NCBI RefSeq assembly: GCF_008065095.1
Contig: NZ_CP042911.1
Coordinates: 7,500,001 to 7,532,000 of the forward strand
DNA: 32,000 nucleotides
Reading direction: 5' to 3'
DNA from: Gemmata obscuriglobus
GTDB taxonomy: Bacteria > Planctomycetota > Planctomycetia > Gemmatales > Gemmataceae
Made by a program: the position numbers and the translations under genes. How positions within the stretch are numbered: position 1 is the first letter of the stretch; each line of letters starts with the position of its first letter. Shown here in pieces: positions 1 to 8,704 of this stretch. The notes beneath the pieces were generated by a model. That model searched no databases and was not told the origin of the DNA. It worked only from the letters and a program-made list of their open reading frames with translations.

Positions 1-1869
1 GGCGTGGCTCACGTTGCCGTTGGTCTGCTTCATCGCCCGGCAAATGGCCCACGTCTCGATGTCGTTCATGTCGAGGCTCGGCGGCAGCTCCGGGATCACG
101 CCCGCGCCGCTCGCGCCGGGCGGCGGGACCATCTCCGTGGCGCCGCTCAGCGGGAGCGCGTCGGCGTCGATCGTGTCGCCCTCGCTCATCACCGCCGCGC
201 TCTCGATGGCGGCGCGCAACTGGCGCACGTTCCCGGGCCACTGGTACGCTTGCAGCTTCCGCATGGCCGCCGGGGTGAGCTTGAACCGCCGCCGGCACTC
301 GCTCGACACCTTCGCCAGGAAGAACGACGCCAGCTCCGGGATGTCCTCGGGGTGCTCGCGGAGCGAGGGCACGCGGATCGGGATCACCTTGAGCCGGAAC
401 ATGAGGTCCTGGCGGAACCGCCCCGCCTTCACTTCCTTTTCGAGGTCGCGGTGCGTCGCGGCGACCACGCGCACGTCCGCCTTGATGTCCCCGGTGCCGC
501 CCACCGGCCGGAACGCCTTGCCCTCGATCACCCGGAGCAGCTTCGCCTGGCACTCGAGCGACAGCTCGCCGACCTCGTCGAGGAACAGGGTGCCCTCGTC
601 GGCCTGCTGGAACAGCCCGGGGTGGTCGCGGTCCGCGCCGCTGAACGCGCCCTTCTTGTACCCGAACAGCTCCGCCTCCAGGAGCGTCGGCGCGATGGCC
701 GCGCAGTTGACCACCACCAGCGGGCCGTCGGCCCGGCGGCTGTTGCGGTGCAGCGCCAGCGCCACCAGCTCCTTGCCGGACCCGCTCTCGCCCTGGACCA
801 GCACCGTGAACTGCTGCGGCGCCGCCCGCAGGATCTGCTGGCGCAGGTGGATGACGGCGTTGCTCCCGCCGATGATGTCGTCGGCCGCGGGGGTGTGGGT
901 CCGCAGGCGCGAGTTCTCGGCCTCCAGCGTGCGCCGGGTGCGGCTGATCTCCAGCCCGTGCGCCAGGAACCCCGCGACCGCCTCAATGAACCGCACGTCG
1001 CGCTCCACGAACGCCCGCCCGCTGCGGTACACGTGGAGCGTCGCGAACGGCTCGCCGGACGCCTTCAGCGGGATACAGATCGCGTCGGTGAACGCGGACA
1101 GCGAGTCCGTGGGCGGGTGGGCGTCGCTGAGGTCCGGGAACAGCCAGATGGGCTTGCCTACCTTCTGCGCCTGGAGCGTGAGCCGCTTGCTGAGCGCGGT
1201 GTCGATCGGGGCCGACTCGGGCAGCACGATCTTGGGGCTCGGGTCGTCCTGGTCGAGGCTCAGGTAGCCGGCGATCTTCGCCGCGGTCTGGTTGAGGATC
1301 GCGCGGAGCGCGAGGCCGACCAGGTCGTGCGGGCTCTTGGCCTCGACCGCCCCGGTCATGAACTTGCACAGCGCGGTGAGTTCGTCCACCCGGAGCTGTT
1401 TGGCGGTCTGGTCGGCCGCCGGCTCCGTGGGGACGGGCCGCTCCTGCGGGTACTCGTGGAGCTTGGTCGCGTTCTGGGGGTTGGCGACCTGTCGGCTGTC
1501 GTTCAAGGCCTTGTTCGGCATCGTCACCGGCGCGGCCGGCAGCGGGGTCGCCCCCGAGCGCGGCAGGGCTTTCGGCTCCAGCACGAACCGCAGCACCACC
1601 TCGCCGATCTTGATCCGCTGCCCGTCGGTCAGCTCGGTGGCCCCGCTCACCCGCAGCCCGTCCACGCGGGTGCCGTTGAGCCCGAAGTCGCGGACGTGCC
1701 AGCGGCCGTCCTCGAAGTACACCTTGGCGTGGGTCCGGCTGGCCATCTCGTCCCGCAGGATGACCGTGTTGTCCCGACTCCGCCCCAGGGTGACCGGCTG
1801 GCCGGTCGGTGAGAGGTCGAGTGTCGGCGGCATGCACTCGCCGCCCTCCAACGTCAGTCGCGCGCGCAT
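1..1869 (-). CDS. sigma-54-dependent transcriptional activator (enhancer-binding protein) with N-terminal FHA domain and central GAF-like region; 3' end runs off the left edge
   Basis: Absent from the ORF track because it has no stop in the window. My translation from ATG 1869 gives MRARLTLEGGECMPPTLDLSPTGQPVTLGRSRDNTVILRDEMASRTHAKVYFEDGRWHVRDFGLNGTRVDG (FHA-like). Further on: VLVQGESGSGKELV (Walker A), ELFGYKKGAFSGA (GAFTGA-type loop), GTLFLDEVGEL (Walker B), WPGNVRQL, and the start of a Fis-type HTH (ICRAMKQTNGNVSHA). The frame is open to nt 1. Confidence 0.85.
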   Translation of the reverse strand, partial: MRARLTLEGGECMPPTLDLSPTGQPVTLGRSRDNTVILRDEMASRTHAKVYFEDGRWHVRDFGLNGTRVDGLRVSGATELTDGQRIKIGEVVLRFVLEPKALPRSGATPLPAAPVTMPNKALNDSRQVANPQNATKLHEYPQERPVPTEPAADQTAKQLRVDELTALCKFMTGAVEAKSPHDLVGLALRAILNQTAAKIAGYLSLDQDDPSPKIVLPESAPIDTALSKRLTLQAQKVGKPIWLFPDLSDAHPPTDSLSAFTDAICIPLKASGEPFATLHVYRSGRAFVERDVRFIEAVAGFLAHGLEISRTRRTLEAENSRLRTHTPAADDIIGGSNAVIHLRQQILRAAPQQFTVLVQGESGSGKELVALALHRNSRRADGPLVVVNCAAIAPTLLEAELFGYKKGAFSGADRDHPGLFQQADEGTLFLDEVGELSLECQAKLLRVIEGKAFRPVGGTGDIKADVRVVAATHRDLEKEVKAGRFRQDLMFRLKVIPIRVPSLREHPEDIPELASFFLAKVSSECRRRFKLTPAAMRKLQAYQWPGNVRQLRAAIESAAVMSEGDTIDADALPLSGATEMVPPPGASGAGVIPELPPSLDMNDIETWAICRAMKQTNGNVSHA

Positions 1870-2191
1870 CGCGTAACGCTCCAACAGGCCGGTTCGGTCA
1901 CACCTAGGAGGGGCGAGTACGGCCGGGCGGCCACCGGACGACCGTTCGATCCGGAAAACTTTAGCACGCGTTTTGCGGCGCGGCGGGCGGCGCGTCGGGT
2001 TCCCGAACGCCGCACGCGGGCCTAAGCTAATGGGGGCGAGCAAAGACGCGCGGCACTAGACACCCCGTGTAACGAACCGGGCGACGAGAACCGGACAGTG
2101 CGGGCGCGGCCGTGGGTGACCGGGAACGCCCGCCGTTCCTGTGTACGCGATTCTACGCGTCCGCGTTGCACTTGCCAAACCCGAGGCAGAC

Positions 2192-2761
2192 ATGCAGACC
2201 CGCATCGAAGGCGTCGCGTACGTTCTGGGCGACAACATCGACACCGACCAGATTATCCCCGCGCAGTACCTGACGTTCAACCCCTCGATTCCTGCCGAGT
2301 ACAAGATGTTCGGCAAGTACGCCCTGTGCGGCGTGCCGGAGGCCGCGGCGGGGCTCCCGAAGGGCAACGTCCCGTTCCACACGCCGGGCGGGGACGAGTT
2401 CGTCGCCCCGTACAAAATCGTGATCGGCGGAAAGAACTTCGGCTGCGGGTCGAGCCGCGAGCACGCCCCGATCGCGCTGGCCGCGGCCGGCGTGGTGGCC
2501 GTTGTTGCCGAGTTCTACGCCCGCATCTTTTACCGCAACAGCGTGAACGGCGGTTACCTGGTACCGCTGGAAGCGAAAGCGCGTCTGATCGACCGCGTCT
2601 GCACCGGCGACAAGCTGGTCATTGACATCGCCACCGGCACGCTCACGAACGAGACGAGCGGCGAGACGTTCGAGTTGCTCCCGCTGGGCGAAGTGGCCCC
2701 GATCCTCGAAGCCGGCGGGCTGTTCCCTTATGCCAAGAAGGTGGGGATGTTGGCGAAGTAG
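2192..2761 (+). CDS. leuD: 3-isopropylmalate dehydratase / aconitase-family small subunit (swivel domain)
   Basis: ORF 2141..2761. ATG at 2192 follows GAGG. Motifs: DNIDTDQIIPAQYL and GKNFGCGSSREHAPIAL, typical of the LeuD/HacB small subunit. No leuC is adjacent in the window. Confidence 0.8.
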   Translation: MQTRIEGVAYVLGDNIDTDQIIPAQYLTFNPSIPAEYKMFGKYALCGVPEAAAGLPKGNVPFHTPGGDEFVAPYKIVIGGKNFGCGSSREHAPIALAAAGVVAVVAEFYARIFYRNSVNGGYLVPLEAKARLIDRVCTGDKLVIDIATGTLTNETSGETFELLPLGEVAPILEAGGLFPYAKKVGMLAK

Positions 2762-2793
2762 CAGAGTTGGTGTTCAGGATTTTGGTGTTCTCT

Positions 2794-2841
2794 GTTCGGT
2801 TGAAAACCAGGCGCCGATAGCTCCTCGGCTTTCAACCGAAC
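2794..2841 (+). terminator. hairpin downstream of leuD (GTTCGGTTGAAA ... TTTCAACCGAAC); its right arm is the IS insertion target
   Basis: 12-bp arms at 2794-2805 and 2830-2841 with a 24-nt loop, 33 nt after the leuD stop. No U-tract. Confidence 0.35.
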
Positions 2842-4319
2842 TGTACTTTCCGCGAATTTGTAGGCCGGGCGGTGATGGTGGTACGTTCGGAGTAGACGAA
2901 TGCCGGCCCGTCCGGGAGGATGGCGTTACCACACGACCTCCCAACCCGAACGGACGCGGCGATGCCATCTTCGCACACTCCGGCCCCGCGGTGCCAGTGG
3001 TTTTCGATTCTGGCCGGTGCCTTGGATCGGCGCTCGGGCCGGCGGTTGGCGCTGTTGTTCCTGGGGGTGCTGTTGGCCCGCGGGCGACAGGCCCTGAGTT
3101 GCTGGATCCGAGCCGCCGGGTTGTCGTCCCAGTACCGCCGCTGCTACCCCACCGCGGCCGCCGTCGGGCGCCGGGCCGAGGCCATCGCCACCCGGTTGTT
3201 GGTCGAGGTGCTCCGGCCGTTGGTGACCGGGCCGCGGGTCGTGCTCGCGTTGGATGACACCCCGACGGCGCGGTACGGTTCCCAGGTGCAAGGGGCCGGG
3301 GTGCACCACAACCCGACCCCCGGGCCGGCCGGGAGCGGGTTCGTGTACGGGCACGTGTGGGTGGTCCTCGGGTTGCTGGTGGCGCACCCGCTGGGCGGGG
3401 TCGTGGCGTTACCCCTGTTGGCCCGGCGGTACATCCGGAAGGCGAACCTGGGGGCGGTTCGGGCGGCGGACCGGCCCCCGTTCGCAACCAAGCTGACCAT
3501 GGCCGTGGGCTTGGTGCGGTGGGCGCACGGGTGGCTGGCGTTGTGGGGGAAGGCGGTGTGGGTGGTGGCCGACGGGGCGTACGCCCAGGGGCCGGTGCTC
3601 AAGCCGCTGCGGAAGCTCGGGGTGACGGTGGTGAGCCGACTGCGCCGGGATGCGGCCCTGTGCTCGGTGCCACCGGCGCGAGTACCCGGGCGGCCCGGGC
3701 GGCCGCGGGTGTACGGGACCGAGCGGGTGTCGCTGGCCAAGCGGGCCGCCCACCCCGGCGGGTGGAGCACCGGCATGTTCACCGTGTACGGGAAGTCGGT
3801 CGAGAAGCGGTACAAGACGTTCGTGGCCACGTGGCGCCCGGCCGGTGGGGCGATCCGGGTGGTGTTGGTGGACGAGCCCCACGGATGGGTCGCGTTCTTC
3901 GGCACCGACACCACCGCGACCGTGGCCGACATCCTGGAGCGGGTGGCCGACCGGTTCACCCTGGAGACCTGTTTTCGGGATCTCAAACAAGTCGCCGGGG
4001 CGGGTCAGCAGCAGGTGCGCGGGGTGCCGTCGAACGTGGGGTGCTTCCACCTGTGCGCGTGGGCCCACACCCTGACCGAGGTGTGGGCCTGGAACCAGAA
4101 CGCCGAGGCCCTGGTGGGGCACCGATCCGCATCCCCGTGGGACGACCCGAACCGGCGCCCGAGCCACGCGGACAAGCGCCGGGCCTGGCAACACGAGCTG
4201 TTGGCCCAGGAGATTCAGGCCGTTGTGGGCGAGCACCACGACCACGCGAAAATCCGCGACCTCGCCCACCGGTGCTTGGATCTGGCCGCGTGAGCGCGGC
4301 CGATTCGCGGAAACTACAG
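2841..4319 (+). mobile_element. IS element 1 (DDE transposase, IS4/IS701-like), about 1.48 kb
   Basis: Terminal inverted repeats are 2841-2860 CTGTACTTTCCGCGAATTTG and 4300-4319 (reverse complement CTGTAGTTTCCGCGAATCGG), matching 17/20. A 7-bp direct repeat AACCGAA lies at 2834-2840 and again at 5393-5399, i.e. beyond IS 2. Confidence 0.75.
2920..4293 (+). CDS. DDE transposase of IS element 1
   Basis: 457-aa ORF; GGGAGG precedes the ATG. Candidate DDE triad contexts: VVLALDDTP, VWVVADGAYA, TLETCFRDLKQ. Confidence 0.8.
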   Translation: MALPHDLPTRTDAAMPSSHTPAPRCQWFSILAGALDRRSGRRLALLFLGVLLARGRQALSCWIRAAGLSSQYRRCYPTAAAVGRRAEAIATRLLVEVLRPLVTGPRVVLALDDTPTARYGSQVQGAGVHHNPTPGPAGSGFVYGHVWVVLGLLVAHPLGGVVALPLLARRYIRKANLGAVRAADRPPFATKLTMAVGLVRWAHGWLALWGKAVWVVADGAYAQGPVLKPLRKLGVTVVSRLRRDAALCSVPPARVPGRPGRPRVYGTERVSLAKRAAHPGGWSTGMFTVYGKSVEKRYKTFVATWRPAGGAIRVVLVDEPHGWVAFFGTDTTATVADILERVADRFTLETCFRDLKQVAGAGQQQVRGVPSNVGCFHLCAWAHTLTEVWAWNQNAEALVGHRSASPWDDPNRRPSHADKRRAWQHELLAQEIQAVVGEHHDHAKIRDLAHRCLDLAA

Positions 4320-5387
4320 TAGGACTTACGCAGTTGCGCTGGCGCAGGATTTGCGCATGGTGTGTTGTTGGTCTATGATCGGGCCATGAACGCACCACGT
4401 GCGAGCGCCGAGGACTACATCCAATTCCTGATCGCCACCCCCAAGGTGGCGTCGGCCGCGGAAGCCGCGCGAGCCCAACCGGACCATCCGACGGCGCCCG
4501 CGCATGATGCGTTCACCCGACTGCTGCACCGGCTGGAACCGGACCCAGCGGCGTTGTGGGACGAAGCCCGGTCGTCGGTCCGCCCGGGCGGTGCCGTGGT
4601 GCTCGACGACTCGGTGCTGGACAAGCCGTTCGCCCGGCACATGGGGCTGGTGCGCCGGTGCTGGTCCGGGCGGCACCGCCGGGTGGTGAGCGGGATCGGG
4701 CTGGTGACCCTGCTGTGGACCGACGGGGCCGCCCTGGTACCGTGTGATTACCGGCTCGCCGACCCGGCCCGAGCCGAGACCAAGAACGACCACTTCCGAG
4801 CCATGCTGGCGGTCGCCAAGGGACGGGACCTGTCGCCCCGGGTGGTACTGTTCGACACCTGGTACTCGGGCAAGGACAACCTGAAGGCGGTGCGGGCCCT
4901 GGGGTGGCACTTCCTGACCCGGGTGCGGAGCAACCGGCGGGTGAACCCGGATCGCACGGGCAATCGGGCCATCGAGGGGTGCCCGATCGGGGCCGCCGGT
5001 ACGGTGGTGCACCTGGAGGGGTTCGGATTGGTGAAGGCGTTCCGGATCGCCACCGGTGATGGGGGCACGGAGCATTGGATCACCAACGACCTCGACATGG
5101 ACGAGGCCACTCGTGCGGTTCTGGCCGGGCACGCGTGGGGCATCGAGGAGTATCACCGGGGCCTCAAGCAGCATTGCCACGTGGACCGGTGCCAGGTGCG
5201 CATGAGCCGGGCCCAAGCGGTCCACATCGGGCTCGCGATCCGCGCGTTCCTGCGGCTCGAGTGGCACCGGCTCAAGTCCGGCGTCAGTTGGTTCGCGGCC
5301 AAGACGGCCATCGTGCGCGAAGCGGTGCGAACCTACCTCGCCGCACCTACATACCTACTTACCCAAAAGTCAACTACGTAAGTCCTA
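4320..5387 (+). mobile_element. IS element 2 (DDE transposase, IS701/IS4-like), about 1.07 kb, inserted at the last 5 bp of IS 1
   Basis: Inverted repeats are 4320-4336 TAGGACTTACGCAGTTG and 5371-5387 (reverse complement TAGGACTTACGTAGTTG), matching 16/17. A 5-bp direct repeat TACAG lies at 4315-4319 and 5388-5392. Confidence 0.75.
4386..5381 (+). CDS. DDE transposase of IS element 2
   Basis: ORF 4362..5381 (GTG at 4362, ATG at 4386). DDE contexts: AVVLDDSVLDKP, VVLFDTWYSG, GIEEYHRGLKQ. The stop codon lies inside the right inverted repeat. Confidence 0.8.
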   Translation: MNAPRASAEDYIQFLIATPKVASAAEAARAQPDHPTAPAHDAFTRLLHRLEPDPAALWDEARSSVRPGGAVVLDDSVLDKPFARHMGLVRRCWSGRHRRVVSGIGLVTLLWTDGAALVPCDYRLADPARAETKNDHFRAMLAVAKGRDLSPRVVLFDTWYSGKDNLKAVRALGWHFLTRVRSNRRVNPDRTGNRAIEGCPIGAAGTVVHLEGFGLVKAFRIATGDGGTEHWITNDLDMDEATRAVLAGHAWGIEEYHRGLKQHCHVDRCQVRMSRAQAVHIGLAIRAFLRLEWHRLKSGVSWFAAKTAIVREAVRTYLAAPTYLLTQKSTT

Positions 5388-5410
5388 TACAGAACCGAAT
5401 GCAACTCGGG

Positions 5411-6364
5411 CTACTTCGCAGGTAGATCGAACCGAGCGTGAGCGAGGTCGATGGGTGTTACGCCGGCAATGGCCCGGCGGCGGAAATGGCGCTTAGCTTC
5501 CTCTGCTGTCAACGGCTGATTGATCTGTGGAGCGTTCGTTATCTCGAGCTTCAGCTCAAACTTCTGCGGCTCCTCCCAACGCAGCACCATCAATGTCGGG
5601 TACTGGAGCACACGCCCGTCTGCGCCCCGCTCTGTCCGCGCCTCTTTGATCTCCGCGTAGCAAAGTTCCTTTCCTCCCTTGGCGTCGCGCACGGCGTGCC
5701 GCTTGACCTGCGACTTTTTCCCGTCGGCGGGGTCAGCGTTAAACACGACCTCCTTGACCACCAACATCCCGTTCGGGGTCGTCGCGGGCCACGACAGCGT
5801 GTAGGTGCCGACCTTCGGATCGGGCTTAACCTCGTACCGGTTGTTCGGGGAAAAGGTCGCCATTCCTAACGCCTGCATCACCCATTCGGGTTCGAACGGG
5901 ACACCTCCGGGGAGTTTAGCTCTTCCGGCCTCGAAGTCCGCGTGCGACGCGTACATGTACATCGGGTCGCCCGTGTGGACCCTGGCGAACACCCAGAACT
6001 CCTGATCGTTCGAGCCCATAAACATCTTAACGTTGACGAGCCCACCGCTGCGAGTGTCGAGTTCGAAATTCCGCGGCTGAGCCGCGAACAACTCCCCGGT
6101 GAGCGAGACCGGCGGCGTGGGCATCAGCGTGCTACGGTCGGTCGCCAGCACCCGCACCTCGGCGTGGGTGATCGACTGGAGCCCGGCAGCCCGATCGTTC
6201 AGGTAGGCGACCAACTTTTCGGGCGCGACCGGGGGCAGTTCACGGTCGCGGCCGTACTTGCCCGGAAAGTTGTCCGGCTTACCGATCCCGTTCTGCTTCA
6301 TCCACTCGCACCCGACGCTCGGGCACAGCACAGCAGCGGCCAGGATCAGATGCAGGCGGTTCAT
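5411..6364 (-). CDS. probable lipoprotein, function unknown
   Basis: 317-aa ORF. N-terminus MNRLHLILAAAVLCPSVGCEW is a signal peptide with a Cys lipobox-like site. Composition is protein-like. No family recognised. Confidence 0.65.
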   Translation of the reverse strand: MNRLHLILAAAVLCPSVGCEWMKQNGIGKPDNFPGKYGRDRELPPVAPEKLVAYLNDRAAGLQSITHAEVRVLATDRSTLMPTPPVSLTGELFAAQPRNFELDTRSGGLVNVKMFMGSNDQEFWVFARVHTGDPMYMYASHADFEAGRAKLPGGVPFEPEWVMQALGMATFSPNNRYEVKPDPKVGTYTLSWPATTPNGMLVVKEVVFNADPADGKKSQVKRHAVRDAKGGKELCYAEIKEARTERGADGRVLQYPTLMVLRWEEPQKFELKLEITNAPQINQPLTAEEAKRHFRRRAIAGVTPIDLAHARFDLPAK

Positions 6365-6424
6365 GTAACGTACCTGTGGAAGCTGTTGGCCGTTCGTCGT
6401 TCGCTGCCGGTCGGAGCGCCCGCG

Positions 6425-6916
6425 CTACTCCCAACCCAGGACACGGAATACTTCGGTCTGCACGGCGGCGATCTGTTCGTCGTTCAGCCGCGGATCGACC
6501 ACGTGGTGGACCGCGCCGCCGCGCGCGTCCCGCACGATCATTACGTCGCGCCCGCTGGCGTCGCGGCTGGCGTCCTCGAACTTGAACCGCTTGCGCCGCA
6601 TGAGCAGCAGGGTCGCGACGTAGCGGAAGTTCAGCCCGTCGGCGTCGGCCGAGTCTTTCAGCCGGTCGAAGCAGTCGAGCAGCAGGTCGTCGTTCACCAC
6701 CGGCTTACGGGGCTTCACCCCGGCGGCCGGCACCTTGCCGCACCAGTACGCGACCGCGCCGGCGGGCGGCCCCGGCCAGGCGTCGGCGGCGTAGTCGGTG
6801 CGGACCAACTTCCCCGCACTCTCGGTGAGGGCGGCGAAGTACTTTTCGCCGGGCTTCAGTTCGCGGCCCGTAACCGCGCACACCCGCGTCGGCCCCTGAA
6901 TGTCGTATTCGGTCAT
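6425..6916 (-). CDS. hypothetical protein
   Basis: ORF 6425..6976. I prefer the ATG at 6916 (MTEYDIQGPTRVCAVTGREL). Composition is ordinary, unlike the Arg/Pro-rich overlapping frames. Confidence 0.55.
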   Translation of the reverse strand: MTEYDIQGPTRVCAVTGRELKPGEKYFAALTESAGKLVRTDYAADAWPGPPAGAVAYWCGKVPAAGVKPRKPVVNDDLLLDCFDRLKDSADADGLNFRYVATLLLMRRKRFKFEDASRDASGRDVMIVRDARGGAVHHVVDPRLNDEQIAAVQTEVFRVLGWE

Positions 6917-6976
6917 TGCGGGTGTCGCTCGCTTCTCGACCAACGCATCGTAGCGCCGTCGCGCTACCGAAAACAA

Positions 6977-8518
6977 TCACGGTCGCGGGACGGAACCGGC
7001 CGCCCCGGGGGCGGCCCCGCCGGTTGTGCCGGTCGCACCGACTGGCGAAGCTGGCTTGAGTAGGCGCTCGAGCTGCGCCAGTGCCTCCGCGCCGGTTTCG
7101 TCACCCACACCACAGAACGTCCACCGCACCACTCCGTGTGCGTCGACGAGCGCGAACCGCGGCACCGAGTCAACTCCGTAAGACGTGTCCGCCTGCTCGC
7201 CGTCGTACACCGGGACCGTGAGCTTCAACCGCGCCCGTTCCTTGGGGCCGTCGGCCGGGTCACCCCACACCGCGAGCGGCACGATTGCGGCCCGCGGCCC
7301 GTGCTTGCGGTGCAGCGCGTCCGCGATCGCCAGCGCGAGGTCCGTCGTTTCGCTCCCCGGCTTGAAGAACACCAGGAGGGCCGGCTGTCCGCGCCCCTCA
7401 GACAATCGAAAGCGGCCCGCCGTAAAGTCCGGAGCCGGCCGGTTGGGTTCGGGCCACGGGCTCCGCTTCACCGGAACCGCGAGCGGCCCTGCGGCGGACA
7501 CCGATTCGCCCCGGGCGGCGGCCGTCACCTGCCGGCGCACGGCCAGCACGGCCTCCCGGTACGGGCTCGATTCGTCGGCCGCGTCCAGGTACGCGTCGAG
7601 CTTCGCGCCCTTAGCCTCGAAGAACCGCGGCCCGTGCCGGACCGGGTCCGCGAGGAACGGGGCCAGTTCGGCGCCCGCGGCGAGCGCGGTCTCGATGTCG
7701 CGCCGGTAGCGGTCGCGCGTGCGCCCGGCCACCGGGGCCTGTTCCTTCAACTCGTACTTCACCTCCACCCACGCGGCGAGGGCGGTGTCGGTGCCGTCGC
7801 GGTGCCGGATGACGCGGTGGACCTGGCGGGCGGCGCCGTCGGGCGCCACGCACACCTCGTCGGCCCGGTGCCAGGCGGTGCGCCCGCCCACCGGTTTGTC
7901 CCAGTTCGGGTGCTGCTGGTTGGCCACCAGCACCGCGCACCGCTCGCCGGTAACAAACTTGGTGCCTTGAAGCTGCCACACCTCGGCGGGGCGGGACGGA
8001 TCGGCCGCGGCGCGGGTCCAGGCCTTCTCGGGGTCGGTGCGCGGCGGGCGCGGCGGGAACATTCCGAACTCGAACGGCGTGAACGCGTCGAGGCGGATCG
8101 CCGGGGGCGCCCGGGCCGGGGTCTTCGCGTCCAGCGTGAACGGGGGCGCGCCGGTGGGCTGGAGGTGGTGGACGGTGCCGTCCGCGTGGACCCGCACCAG
8201 GTCGAGCCGCACCGCCGGGGGGGCGGCCTTCTCGACGGTCCCACCGGTGACCGCGCCCACCGCCCCGGTCACGGCATCGTCGCCCCGGCGGAGCAGTGTG
8301 AGTATCGCCGCATCGGTCCAGGCGTCCTGCTTCTCGAGCACAAGTACGCGGACTTCGAGCGCCTGGGTCCGCAGGAACCGCGTGCCGGGCCGCTCGACGG
8401 CCTCTTCGACCTTGCCGACGAAGGTGAGTTCGGCGCCGGGCTGGAGGCCGAGGGCTTCGGGCGGGGCCGCCGGGCTCAGTGCGAGGGTTAGCAGGACAGC
8501 GGTCACGGGTCGCCTCAA
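6977..8518 (-). CDS. secreted protein with C-terminal thioredoxin-fold (TlpA/redoxin-like) domain lacking the CXXC motif
   Basis: This is the 3' part of the 833-aa track ORF. A TTG at 8518 gives the signal-like MRRPVTAVLLTLALSPAAPPEA. The C-terminus reads PAPDFTAGRFRLSEGRGQPALLVFFKPGSETTDLA ... VPRFALVDAHGVVRW, with GSETT where TlpA-type proteins have WCxxC. Confidence 0.6.
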   Translation of the reverse strand: MRRPVTAVLLTLALSPAAPPEALGLQPGAELTFVGKVEEAVERPGTRFLRTQALEVRVLVLEKQDAWTDAAILTLLRRGDDAVTGAVGAVTGGTVEKAAPPAVRLDLVRVHADGTVHHLQPTGAPPFTLDAKTPARAPPAIRLDAFTPFEFGMFPPRPPRTDPEKAWTRAAADPSRPAEVWQLQGTKFVTGERCAVLVANQQHPNWDKPVGGRTAWHRADEVCVAPDGAARQVHRVIRHRDGTDTALAAWVEVKYELKEQAPVAGRTRDRYRRDIETALAAGAELAPFLADPVRHGPRFFEAKGAKLDAYLDAADESSPYREAVLAVRRQVTAAARGESVSAAGPLAVPVKRSPWPEPNRPAPDFTAGRFRLSEGRGQPALLVFFKPGSETTDLALAIADALHRKHGPRAAIVPLAVWGDPADGPKERARLKLTVPVYDGEQADTSYGVDSVPRFALVDAHGVVRWTFCGVGDETGAEALAQLERLLKPASPVGATGTTGGAAPGAAGSVPRP

Positions 8519-8704
8519 ACCGCGGTGCGAGACGGACGGGCCACACGCGGACCGCTTATAGCGGCCCGGCGGGGCGTTGCAACGCCAACCGGAAGTTGGG
8601 GAAGGCAGCCGGATTGCGTGGCCCCCGCGCGGGTGGTAAGGTAACTGCACCCGAGTGTGCGGGTGCCCTTGAACTATGTCCCTCCTCCGGTCCCAACTGG
8701 CGCC

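Noticed and set aside
4-1812. 602-aa plus-strand ORF, and the overlapping ORFs 14..1267 (+), 528..986 (-) and 983..1837 (-)
   Set aside because: These are Arg/Ala/Gly/Pro-rich shadow frames typical of high-GC DNA. The minus-strand frame ending at nt 1 carries unmistakable FHA and sigma-54 AAA+ motifs and explains the region.
8573-8586. 14-bp perfect palindrome GGCGTTGCAACGCC in the divergent region between the thioredoxin-fold gene and the kinase gene
   Set aside because: It could be an operator, but a single short GC-rich palindrome in GC-rich DNA is not enough evidence. There is no second copy in the window.
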